This document shows positions 56,054 through 64,000 of a DNA stretch of 64,000 nt, piece by piece; positions within the stretch are counted from its first letter, which is position 1; every line of letters starts with the position of its first letter. Below the pieces are notes generated by a model. That model was not told where the DNA came from. It searched no databases and worked only from the letters and a program-made list of their open reading frames with translations. Origin of the DNA: Capsulimonadaceae bacterium. GTDB taxonomy: Bacteria; Armatimonadota; Armatimonadia; Armatimonadales; Capsulimonadaceae. The DNA lies in assembly GCA_965215505.1 (NCBI GenBank), contig OZ244065.1, positions 2,880,001 through 2,944,000 of the forward strand, read 5' to 3'. Made by a program: the position numbers and the translations under genes.

Positions 56054-56475
56054 ACCGGCGACAACGGCGCGGGGCCGCGCTGGTCGAGTTCGCCCTGGTC
56101 AGCGGCCTGCTCTGCCTGTTACTGTTCGGGATCATCGAGGTGGGCCTACTGTTCGGCGATCAGGCGCTGGTCGGCGCGGCGGCGCGCGAGGCCGTCCGCT
56201 CCGCCGCCGTGGGTACTTCGACGGCGACGGCCCAGGCGCGGGGAGTGAGCGGCGGGGCGGGCCTCCCCCTATCTGCGGCTAACATCGTGCTGGAGGATAG
56301 TACGGACGGCGGCTTGACGTGGGGCGCTTTGGGCGGCACTGCCGCCGGCAATAGTGCCCCGTCCAACAGCCTCCTCCGCGCGACCGTGACGTACAGCCAC
56401 CCACTGGTCACGTCTCTGGTCTTCACCGGCAGCACCAAGACGCTGACGGCAAAACTGGTGATGCGTCGTGAATAG
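56050..56475 (+). CDS. tadE: TadE-family pseudopilin
   Basis: RRG|AALVEFALV...AAREAVR. Confidence 0.88.
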   Translation: MNRRQRRGAALVEFALVSGLLCLLLFGIIEVGLLFGDQALVGAAAREAVRSAAVGTSTATAQARGVSGGAGLPLSAANIVLEDSTDGGLTWGALGGTAAGNSAPSNSLLRATVTYSHPLVTSLVFTGSTKTLTAKLVMRRE

Positions 56476-57568
56476 AGACTCACGAGAACGGCGAACAGGC
56501 GCGGCGCTCCCGCTGGTCGTCTTCATGCTGACCGCCCTGATGGGCGTCGCCGCGTTGGCGCTCGACATCGGCCTGATGGGGCTGGCCCGGCAGCGGGCGC
56601 AGAACGTCGCCGACGCCGCCGCGCTGGCCGGAGCGCAAAACCCCGGTACGGAGACGGCCGCAGTTGCGTCCGTCAGTGCCGTCAACAACGCCAATGGGTC
56701 AGCCTTCCAGGGCGGCGTGACGACCGTGAACGGCGACGGCTCGGTGACGGTGCGCGGCTACATCAACGCGCCGCTCTCCTTCGCCCCCGCCGTCGGCTAC
56801 GCGCCGACCTCGACGGACGGGACGGCCAACACGCTCTCGGTCTCGGCGACGGCGACGGCCGCCATGCAGAACGTGTGCGGCCTGCCGAAAGGGATGCCGA
56901 TCGCGCCCTTCGGCCTCATCGGCGATGATCCGTCCAATACGGACCCGGCGATCGCGTATGTCGCCGCGCTGCTGAGTGGCAAGAAGACGCTGACGCCGGG
57001 CGCGTACCAGCCCGCGAGCGGCCAGGTCGTCCTGAGCCTCAACGTCTGGGACAACACGGGCAAGCTGGCCTCACCAGGCAGCTTTGACCCACTTCTGACC
57101 AGCGGCGGCAGCGCGACCTACTTCGACACGATTTCGCAGACGTCCGACCAGACGCTTTCGGCAGGCCAGACGCTTCCGACCCCACCGCTGGGCTATGACA
57201 ACGTCGGCTTCACACGGCAGTACCTCGCGGCCCGGCTCTCGGGGAGCAATGTGATCTATAGCCATAGGTACGCGGCGTATGACCCCTGGTTTACCGGCGG
57301 CAACCTGATGTTCCCGAATACACCGAGCGATGCCCTTCCTGAAGACCATCTGCTGATCGTCCCGGTCTTCAGCCAGGCCGTCAAAAACAAGCAGGGGAAC
57401 GTGACCATCATCGCGTTTGCCCTCTTCTTCGTGGACCAGCCCTACCCTGTGGGCCTGCCGGGCAACGGGATCGCCCTCGGGCGGTTCATCGGCCTTTCCG
57501 TCCCCGGCGGGGCGGGCGGGTCCTGCGCGGGCGCGGGCGGTAAGACGCCGCCGGCCTTGATCCAATGA
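56468..57568 (+). CDS. tadG: TadG-like pilus assembly protein
   Basis: GAALPLVV...ALALDIG...AQNVADAAALAGA. Confidence 0.8.
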   Translation: MNRDSRERRTGAALPLVVFMLTALMGVAALALDIGLMGLARQRAQNVADAAALAGAQNPGTETAAVASVSAVNNANGSAFQGGVTTVNGDGSVTVRGYINAPLSFAPAVGYAPTSTDGTANTLSVSATATAAMQNVCGLPKGMPIAPFGLIGDDPSNTDPAIAYVAALLSGKKTLTPGAYQPASGQVVLSLNVWDNTGKLASPGSFDPLLTSGGSATYFDTISQTSDQTLSAGQTLPTPPLGYDNVGFTRQYLAARLSGSNVIYSHRYAAYDPWFTGGNLMFPNTPSDALPEDHLLIVPVFSQAVKNKQGNVTIIAFALFFVDQPYPVGLPGNGIALGRFIGLSVPGGAGGSCAGAGGKTPPALIQ

Positions 57569-57577
57569 AAGGGGCCG

Positions 57578-57735
57578 TGCCACGGGGCTGAACCCCCATG
57601 CTTCGGGAGTGCAAGCCCCCGCCTGCGCGGGCGAAGACAAAAGGGCGCGGCGAGCAGCGCCCCTACCCATCCTATGCCCTCAACCCTCGGGGAGTTGCTT
57701 TACCGAAGCCCAGGGGTTTAGCCCTGGGTCCTACC
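57578..57735. repeat. REPIN-like element with nested GTAG REP inside the Tad operon
   Basis: Imperfect IR CCACGGGGCTGAACCCCCATGCTTCGG / CCGAAGCCCAGGGGTTTAGCCCTGG; internal AGGGCGCGGCGAGCAGCGCCCCTAC. Confidence 0.65.
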
Positions 57736-57778
57736 CGCCGGGGGCGGACCACTGAGTCCTTTCCATCGTGAGGCAGCC

Positions 57779-58759
57779 ATGCACGTCGTCCCACAACTGA
57801 AGCCGCAGGTGCCGAAAATGCAGGTGCCGAAAATGCAGGTGCCGAAGGTGCGCGGGCCGCGCGGGGGCGGGCTACTGGGCGCGCGGGGCGGGACGGTGAG
57901 CCTCGCACTCGCCGCCGGGCTGGCCGCCGCCCTGCTGGCTTTCCTTCTGGTGCGCGGGCGGCCGTCCGCTTCGCCGGTCGCCCCAACCCGTGTGCCGGTC
58001 GTGGTCGCCGCCCGCGACATCCCCGCCCGCACCCGGCTTTCCGCCGCCTGGATGCGCGTCCGGCTGGCCGCGCCCGCTGACCTGCCGGATGGGGCTGGGG
58101 CGACTGTCTCTGCGTTTGCCGGCAAGGTCACGACGGAGCCGGTCGCGGCGGGTTCGGCCATCACGCGCCAGACCGTCACCGCCCCGAGTGCCGCACTGGG
58201 CATGGCCTTCGCCTTGACGCCCCCACTACGCGCCATGACCGTGACACTCGACCCCAGCGACGGAGCCGACCAGTTCGTCCGCCCCGGCGACCATGTGGAC
58301 ATCCTCGCGACCGACGAGCCGGGGAGCGGCCCCGCCGAGGCGCGGACGGTGCTGCAAAACGTCCGCCTCCTGGCCGTGGGCGCGCAGACGGCCCCCGACG
58401 CCGCGCCGCCTCCGCCGACGAGTGGGCCGGCCCGCGTGACCGTCGCCGTCTCGCCCGCCCAGGCGCAGGCCCTGGTGCTGGCCGCCGCGCGCGGCAAGAT
58501 TCACCTGACGCTACGAGCGGCGGACGACGAGGCGGTCGCGGCCCTGCCCGTCTTCCCAGCCATGCCGACCGTGCGAGAGGCGTCCCGGCCCGCGCGGCGG
58601 GCAGCGACGCGCCGCCCGCCGGTGCCCGCGCACGCCCCCGAGGAGGAGGCGCTGCCCCTGCCGCCGCTGCCGGTCCGGCTCGCGCCCCTGCCGCCCGCCC
58701 GCGTCTCGGTGACGATCATCAAGGGCGGTCAGAGTCAGACGGTTTCGGTGGAGCCGTAG
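57779..58759 (+). CDS. cpaB: Flp pilus assembly protein CpaB/RcpC
   Basis: VVVAARDIP SAF domain, RPGDHVDIL, VLQNVRLLAVG; 15-bp tandem repeat 57805-57846 near the start. Confidence 0.88.
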   Translation: MHVVPQLKPQVPKMQVPKMQVPKVRGPRGGGLLGARGGTVSLALAAGLAAALLAFLLVRGRPSASPVAPTRVPVVVAARDIPARTRLSAAWMRVRLAAPADLPDGAGATVSAFAGKVTTEPVAAGSAITRQTVTAPSAALGMAFALTPPLRAMTVTLDPSDGADQFVRPGDHVDILATDEPGSGPAEARTVLQNVRLLAVGAQTAPDAAPPPPTSGPARVTVAVSPAQAQALVLAAARGKIHLTLRAADDEAVAALPVFPAMPTVREASRPARRAATRRPPVPAHAPEEEALPLPPLPVRLAPLPPARVSVTIIKGGQSQTVSVEP

Positions 58760-58804
58760 TCTTGACGGGCCGGGGATAGTCCTAACGGGCCGGGGATAAG
58801 AACG

Positions 58805-60628
58805 ATGCCGAACACGCGAACAGCCTGCGCCTTCCTGACCCTCCTCCTGCTGCCGCTGGCGGCGGGGCGCGCGCAGAACCGTCCGCACCCACCCGACGCC
58901 AAGACGCTCATCAAGACCCTCGCGGTCGGCGAGTCAGACGTCTACGAGTTCGACCACATGACGGCGGCGGCCGTCGGCAGCCCGACGGTGGCGGACATCG
59001 TGCCGCTCTCGTCGCGCCGCCTGCTGGTCAACGCGAAGAGCGCCGGGGAAACCACGCTGTTTGTGTATGACCGCCGGGGCAAGCATACCTTCCGGCTGGC
59101 CGTGGCCCTGCCCGCCCCCGACCTCGGCCCCGTGGCCGCGCGGGTCCAGGCGGAGATCGGCCTGCCGGGTGTCACGGTCCGCGCCGTCAGGGACACCCTG
59201 TTTCTGGAGGGGGGAGTGTCGAGCGTCGTGGCCTTGCAACGCGCCTCGGCCATCGCCGGGGTGTACACGGCCCGGACCAGGAACCTGCTCACCATCCTCC
59301 CGCCGGCCGAGAGCGCCCCCGCCCTCACGCTGGCCCAGACCTACGCGGCCCTGCTGACGGACAGCCTCGCCGGGACGGGCGTTAAAGTGCAGGTCGTGGA
59401 CGACAAGACCATCGCGCTGACGGGCCAGTACGCCTCCCACATCGCCGCGCCTTCTTCGTCTTCCGGGGCGTCCCCCGCCCGTGCCCGAAAGACCATCAAG
59501 CCTAAACGGGCGCGTCAGGGCGCGGACGGGGCGGAGGCGGCCCCTGACGAGAGCGCGCCGGTGATCGACCTGAAGGAAGCGGCCCCAAGACGGCCGGCGG
59601 ACGGCACGCCGCGCGACCCGCTGGACCGCCTGATCGAGTCGCTGCCGCCGGAGCTGAAGGTCGTGGACCTGGTGAACCTGGGCAGCCGCCCGACGCGGCA
59701 GATTCTTGTTCATGCGAAGATCATCGACATCAACCGGAACGCCTCCAAGAGCCTCGGCGTCAGTTGGGGGACGATCTCCTCCAGCGCCTCGCGCGGCGGG
59801 GATATCTACGCCCTCGCACCGCAGCCGATCCTGTTCGGGCAGATCTCCGGCCAGCAGGCGGGCGCGAACGGCGGCGGGTTCCTCTCGGGCGGCCCGGTCA
59901 CGCGGGTCTACCCCCTGGCCGCCCAGCTCGACGCGCTCGTCGGGGAGAACAAGGCGCGTGTCCTTTCTGAACCCAGCCTTATGGTACTCGACGGCAGCGA
60001 GGGCAGCATCCTGGTCGGCGGCGAGATCCCCGTCCCGGTCGCACAGTCCAGCAGCGGCACGAACGGCAGCAGCGCCTCGGTTTCCATCGAGTACAAGCAG
60101 TACGGGGTCCGGCTCTCGGTCGGTGCGGCAATCGTCGGCGACGGCGTGGTCGAGCTGACGGTGACGCCCGAGGTCAGCGACCTGAACTACGCGGCCACGG
60201 TCCAGATCGGGGGCAACGTCATCCCGTCCCTGACGGTCCGGCGCGCGACCTCGACGCTGCAAATGGCGGACGGCGAGACACTGGTGATCGGCGGGCTGTA
60301 CAGCAGCACCACATCGCGCGAGGTAGAGCGCATCCCCCTCCTGAGCCAGATCCCCGTGCTGGGCGAGTTCTTCAAGCACACCGTCACGCGCAAAGCCGAG
60401 GACGAGCTGCTGATCCTGATCCAGCCGGAGATCGTCACGCCCCGGACGGCGGGCGCGCACCCGCCCGCGCCGGGCAGCCTGGAGAACCTGCCCATCGCGC
60501 GGCCCGATGTCCGGCGCAATGAATTCGACAAGGACTTCCCCGAGCTACAGCACGGCGGCGGGGACCACGAAGCACCCGGCCCGGCGGTGAACCTGCCGCC
60601 TCTACCCGTGCCAGTGGAGCCGAAATGA
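58805..60628 (+). CDS. cpaC: Tad secretin CpaC/RcpA
   Basis: GSPTVADI N domain, ARVLSEPSL, LVGGEIPVP, IPLLSQIPVLGEFF. Confidence 0.9.
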   Translation: MPNTRTACAFLTLLLLPLAAGRAQNRPHPPDAKTLIKTLAVGESDVYEFDHMTAAAVGSPTVADIVPLSSRRLLVNAKSAGETTLFVYDRRGKHTFRLAVALPAPDLGPVAARVQAEIGLPGVTVRAVRDTLFLEGGVSSVVALQRASAIAGVYTARTRNLLTILPPAESAPALTLAQTYAALLTDSLAGTGVKVQVVDDKTIALTGQYASHIAAPSSSSGASPARARKTIKPKRARQGADGAEAAPDESAPVIDLKEAAPRRPADGTPRDPLDRLIESLPPELKVVDLVNLGSRPTRQILVHAKIIDINRNASKSLGVSWGTISSSASRGGDIYALAPQPILFGQISGQQAGANGGGFLSGGPVTRVYPLAAQLDALVGENKARVLSEPSLMVLDGSEGSILVGGEIPVPVAQSSSGTNGSSASVSIEYKQYGVRLSVGAAIVGDGVVELTVTPEVSDLNYAATVQIGGNVIPSLTVRRATSTLQMADGETLVIGGLYSSTTSREVERIPLLSQIPVLGEFFKHTVTRKAEDELLILIQPEIVTPRTAGAHPPAPGSLENLPIARPDVRRNEFDKDFPELQHGGGDHEAPGPAVNLPPLPVPVEPK

Positions 60629-61812
60629 TCCGCGTCCTCCTCGCCGACAGCCGCGCCGACCGGCGGGAGCTTGTCCGTGCCGCACTGGCCGCCGACGGCC
60701 GGATGGAGATCGTCGGGCAGGCGCGCGACGGGCAGGAGGCCGTCCAGCGGGCGTGTGCCCTGCGGCCCGATCTGGTCCTGCTTGCCTCCGATCTGTCCGG
60801 GCGGGACGGGTTCGCGGCGGCGGAGGTGCTGGCTTCTCTGGGCCTGCCTGGCGAGAGCGTCCTGCTTTCCGAGGAGGCACTGCCCGATGACCTGCGCCGG
60901 GCGATGCGGGCGGGGGCGCGTGAGTGCGTGCCGTGGCCCTGCTCCGGCGCGGCCATGTGCGAGACACTCTGCGGCGTGCATGAGGACAGCCTGCGGCGGC
61001 GATCCGCTGATTTCGCTGCGGCAGCCGACCCGCGCGCCCAGCCGCGCATTCTCGCCGTGACCGGGGCGAAAGGCGGCGTCGGCAAGACGACCCTGGCCGT
61101 CAACCTCGCCGCCGCCCTGGCCGCCGAAACCGGCGAACCGACCGTGCTGCTGGACCTCTACACGCAGTTCGGCGACGCCGCCCTGCTGCTGAACCTGACG
61201 CCGCGCCGGACTCTGGCCGATCTGGTCCGCCTGGACTCCGCCGAGTTGGACGAGCGGCTTTTGGAAGACCATCTGGAACGCCACTCGTCCGGCCTGCGCC
61301 TGCTCGCGGGCGCGAGCGCCCCGCTGCCGCTGGACGCCTTGACGCCCGCCTGCCTCGACCGCATCCTCGGCCTGCTGAAGAACAGCCACCGCTACCTCGT
61401 GCTGGACGTGCCCCCGCTCCTGCATGCGACGACGCTGCACGCGCTGACTCACGCCCACGTCGTGCTGCTGGTCGCGAACCTCTTCGACCTGACGACGCTG
61501 GCCGACACCCGCCTGTGGCTGGAAGCCGTCGCGGGCCGGCACGTCGCCCCCGAAGCCGTCCAGGTCGTCCTGAACCGCGCCCTGCCCCGGAACCGGCTGC
61601 AAGCCTCGGACATCGAGCGGACATTAGGCCGGGCCGCCGCCTGCCAGGTGCCCAATGACGGCAAGCTGGTCCCGCACTCGGTCAACGCGGGCGAACCGTT
61701 CGTCCTGTCGCACCCGAACAGCCGGGTTGCCCGGAGCGTCTACGCGCTGGCCCGGCGGCTGGCGGCGGAGCCGAGCGGGATTCCCGAGGCCGCCGAGAGG
61801 AGCAGCCGATGA
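60625..61812 (+). CDS. cpaE: Pilus assembly protein CpaE/TadZ (receiver + MinD-like ATPase)
   Basis: Atypical receiver domain; AKGGVGKTTLAVNLA. Confidence 0.88.
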   Translation: MIRVLLADSRADRRELVRAALAADGRMEIVGQARDGQEAVQRACALRPDLVLLASDLSGRDGFAAAEVLASLGLPGESVLLSEEALPDDLRRAMRAGARECVPWPCSGAAMCETLCGVHEDSLRRRSADFAAAADPRAQPRILAVTGAKGGVGKTTLAVNLAAALAAETGEPTVLLDLYTQFGDAALLLNLTPRRTLADLVRLDSAELDERLLEDHLERHSSGLRLLAGASAPLPLDALTPACLDRILGLLKNSHRYLVLDVPPLLHATTLHALTHAHVVLLVANLFDLTTLADTRLWLEAVAGRHVAPEAVQVVLNRALPRNRLQASDIERTLGRAAACQVPNDGKLVPHSVNAGEPFVLSHPNSRVARSVYALARRLAAEPSGIPEAAERSSR

Positions 61813-63092
61813 CTTCCCTCCATCTCGCCTCTCAGATCCCTCCTCAGCCCGCCGCCCTGCCGCCGGCGGCCACCGACTTGAAGCGCCGACTCCATGCCCA
61901 GATCGTGGCCGAGTCCGATGCCGCGCGCCTGAGCCGCCTGCCCCGCGCGGCGCTGACGGAGCAGGTCGGGGCGCTGGCCCTGCGCCTGCTGGCCGAGGAC
62001 GGCCCGGCCCTGATCGGGCGGCAGCGCGACGCTTTAGTGCAGGCCGTCGTGCATGAGCTGACGGGGCTGGGGCCGCTGGAGCCGCTGCTGGAAGACGAGA
62101 CGGTTTCGGAGATCATGGTCAACGGGCCGGGGAACGTCTACGTCGAGCGGCGCGGGCGGCTGTCGCGCACGGACGTTGTCTTTGATGACGACGCCCACCT
62201 GCGGCGCATCATCGAGCGCATCCTGGCCCCGCTGGGCCGCCGCGCCGATGAAGCCTCGCCGCTCTGCGACGGGCGGCTGGCCGACGGCAGCCGGATCAAT
62301 GTCATCCTGCCGCCACTCGCCGTGCATGGGCCGGTCCTGACCATCCGCAAGTTCGCCCGGCAGCCGTTGACGGCGGCCGACCTGGTCCGCCTGAACACGC
62401 TGACGGCTCAGGCCGCCGCCTTCCTGCGCGCCTGTGTTGCGGGCCGACGGAACATCCTCGTTTCGGGCGGCACGGGCAGCGGCAAGACGACCACATTGAA
62501 CGCGCTGTCGTCGTTCATCCCCGACGGCGAGCGCATCATCACGATTGAAGACGCCGCCGAATTGCAGTTGCAGCAGGCACACGTCGTCACTCTGGAAAGC
62601 CGCCCGCCCAACCTGGAAGGGCGCGGCGAGGTCACCATCCGCCAGCTCGTGCGGAACGCCCTGCGGATGCGCCCCGACCGCATCCTACTAGGGGAAGTGC
62701 GCGGGGCCGAAGCATTGGACCTGCTGATGGCGCTGAATACGGGTCACGACGGCTCCCTGTCTACCGCCCACGCCAACGGCCCGCGCGACGCCCTGGCCCG
62801 ACTGGAAACGATGGTGCTGATGGCGGGCACGGAGCTTCCCCTGCGAGCGGTCCGGGAGCAGATCGCGAGCGCGGTGCATCTGGTTCTGCACCAGGAGCGG
62901 GCGCGCGATGGCAGCCGCCGCGTGACGCACATCAGCGAGGTCACCGGCATCGTCGGCGACGTCATCGGCCTGCAAGACCTCTTCCGCTGGGACACGGCGC
63001 AGTCGGCCCTCCGCGCCACGGGCCTGCGCCCCGCCTGCGCGGCTGGCCTGGAAGAGCAGGGACTTTCGCTGCCCCCGGAGCTATTCCAATGA
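61809..63092 (+). CDS. cpaF: Pilus assembly ATPase CpaF/TadA
   Basis: GGTGSGKTT, IEDAAEL, LRMRPDRI, GEVRG, NTGHDG. Confidence 0.95.
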   Translation: MTSLHLASQIPPQPAALPPAATDLKRRLHAQIVAESDAARLSRLPRAALTEQVGALALRLLAEDGPALIGRQRDALVQAVVHELTGLGPLEPLLEDETVSEIMVNGPGNVYVERRGRLSRTDVVFDDDAHLRRIIERILAPLGRRADEASPLCDGRLADGSRINVILPPLAVHGPVLTIRKFARQPLTAADLVRLNTLTAQAAAFLRACVAGRRNILVSGGTGSGKTTTLNALSSFIPDGERIITIEDAAELQLQQAHVVTLESRPPNLEGRGEVTIRQLVRNALRMRPDRILLGEVRGAEALDLLMALNTGHDGSLSTAHANGPRDALARLETMVLMAGTELPLRAVREQIASAVHLVLHQERARDGSRRVTHISEVTGIVGDVIGLQDLFRWDTAQSALRATGLRPACAAGLEEQGLSLPPELFQ

Positions 63093-64000
63093 ACCCGCTG
63101 CTGACGATCGCCCTGAGCTTCCTGTTGACGGCGGGCCTGGTCTACGCCGTTGCCGAGGCGCGGGCGCGCTCGGCCCGGCATCTTCGGGATCGCCTGGACC
63201 GGATCACGGGCCGCTACCACTTCGCGCCCGCCTCGGCTCCCGAGGCGTCTGACGCCCCGCGCCCCGACGTGCTGCCGACCGTCACGCGCTGGCTGGGCGG
63301 CGACCTGGGGAAGCGCCTGCGGCTCGCCATGCTGCGGGGCGATCTGCGCCTTCGGCCCGCCGAGTGGGCCGCCTTGTGCCTCGCCGCGCCGCTGGCCGCC
63401 GGGACACTCGGCCTGGCAGCCACGCATCAGGCTCTCGCCGGACTGGTTATGGCCCTGCTCGGGCTGGTCGTCCCGCCCCTCGTCCTTCAGTCGCGGCAGG
63501 CGTCGCGCCTGCGACGGTTTGACGCCCAGCTACCCGACGCCCTCATGCTCCTGACCGCCTCCCTGCGCGCGGGCCATTCGTTCTCCCAGGCCATGCTGAC
63601 CGTCGCCGCCGAATTGCCGCCGCCCCTGGCCGCCGAGTTCGCCTGGGCCTCCGGGGAGGCCGCGCTTGGTGTTCCATTGGACACGGCTTTGGGCCGCATG
63701 ACCGAGCGGGTGCCGTCGCCGGACCTCGACCTGGTCGTGACCGCCATCCTCATCCAACTCCCCCTCGGCGGCAATCTGGCGGAAGTGCTGGACGCCATCG
63801 CCGAGACCATCCGCGAGCGCGTCCGCCTGGCCGGCGAGGTGCGGACCTTGACGGCGGAAGGCAGCCTGTCCGCCGTCATCCTGATCGTCCTCGCCCCCGC
63901 CCTGGCCGTGCTGCTCTGCCTCCGCAGCCCCGCCTACTTCCAGCCCTTGTTGGATAGCCCGACCGGCCACTGGCTCATCGGCGGCGCGGCACTGGGCCAG
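63089..64000 (+). CDS. tadB: TadB inner-membrane platform protein, 3' truncated
   Basis: ATG overlaps cpaF stop; FDAQLPDALMLLTASLRAGHS, GGNLAEVLDAIAETIRER; frame open to window end. Confidence 0.9.
   Translation, partial: MNPLLTIALSFLLTAGLVYAVAEARARSARHLRDRLDRITGRYHFAPASAPEASDAPRPDVLPTVTRWLGGDLGKRLRLAMLRGDLRLRPAEWAALCLAAPLAAGTLGLAATHQALAGLVMALLGLVVPPLVLQSRQASRLRRFDAQLPDALMLLTASLRAGHSFSQAMLTVAAELPPPLAAEFAWASGEAALGVPLDTALGRMTERVPSPDLDLVVTAILIQLPLGGNLAEVLDAIAETIRERVRLAGEVRTLTAEGSLSAVILIVLAPALAVLLCLRSPAYFQPLLDSPTGHWLIGGAALGQ

Noticed and set aside
57805-58798. Short tandem duplications (15 bp at 57805, 20 bp at ~58758; also 18 bp at ~31483)
   Set aside because: In-frame or intergenic slippage products near gene starts, with no evidence of phase variation

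Overview
GC-rich bacterial chromosomal window. Inferred lineage is Armatimonadota-like, based on DUF1559/H-X9-DG proteins, VPEAST-type PEP-CTERM tails, exosortase, a secretin-containing Tad locus and GTAG-type REPs. Housekeeping genes (def, bioY, hemC, Lrp/AsnC plus class I aminotransferase, gyrA, tRNA-Lys, gnd) are interspersed with a GH51/GH29/GH29 carbohydrate cluster and a ~15 kb cell-surface region. That region holds a giant repeat PEP-CTERM protein, two divergent regulators, a sigma54-driven beta-helix protein and a sigma54-driven PEP-CTERM/PPIase/exosortase/EpsI cassette. A sigma54-driven Flp/Tad pilus operon runs off the right end. Most notable unexplained signals: (1) a SARP-geometry direct repeat plus a second palindrome in the promoter of the giant PEP-CTERM gene, facing a SARP/STAND regulator and an uncharacterised HTH regulator; (2) a 48-bp patch of A/T-ending synonymous codons in gyrA ending exactly at the known GyrA intein insertion site, with no intein present; (3) a divergent MNT-like/HEPN-like gene pair inserted inside the Lrp-aminotransferase operon; (4) a TnpB remnant whose middle is replaced by an LRR gene next to tRNA-Lys; (5) recurrent tandem duplication of the distal arm of GTAG REPs. 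No CRISPR array, rRNA or intact transposase seen. All calls are from visual inspection; no database searches were run.
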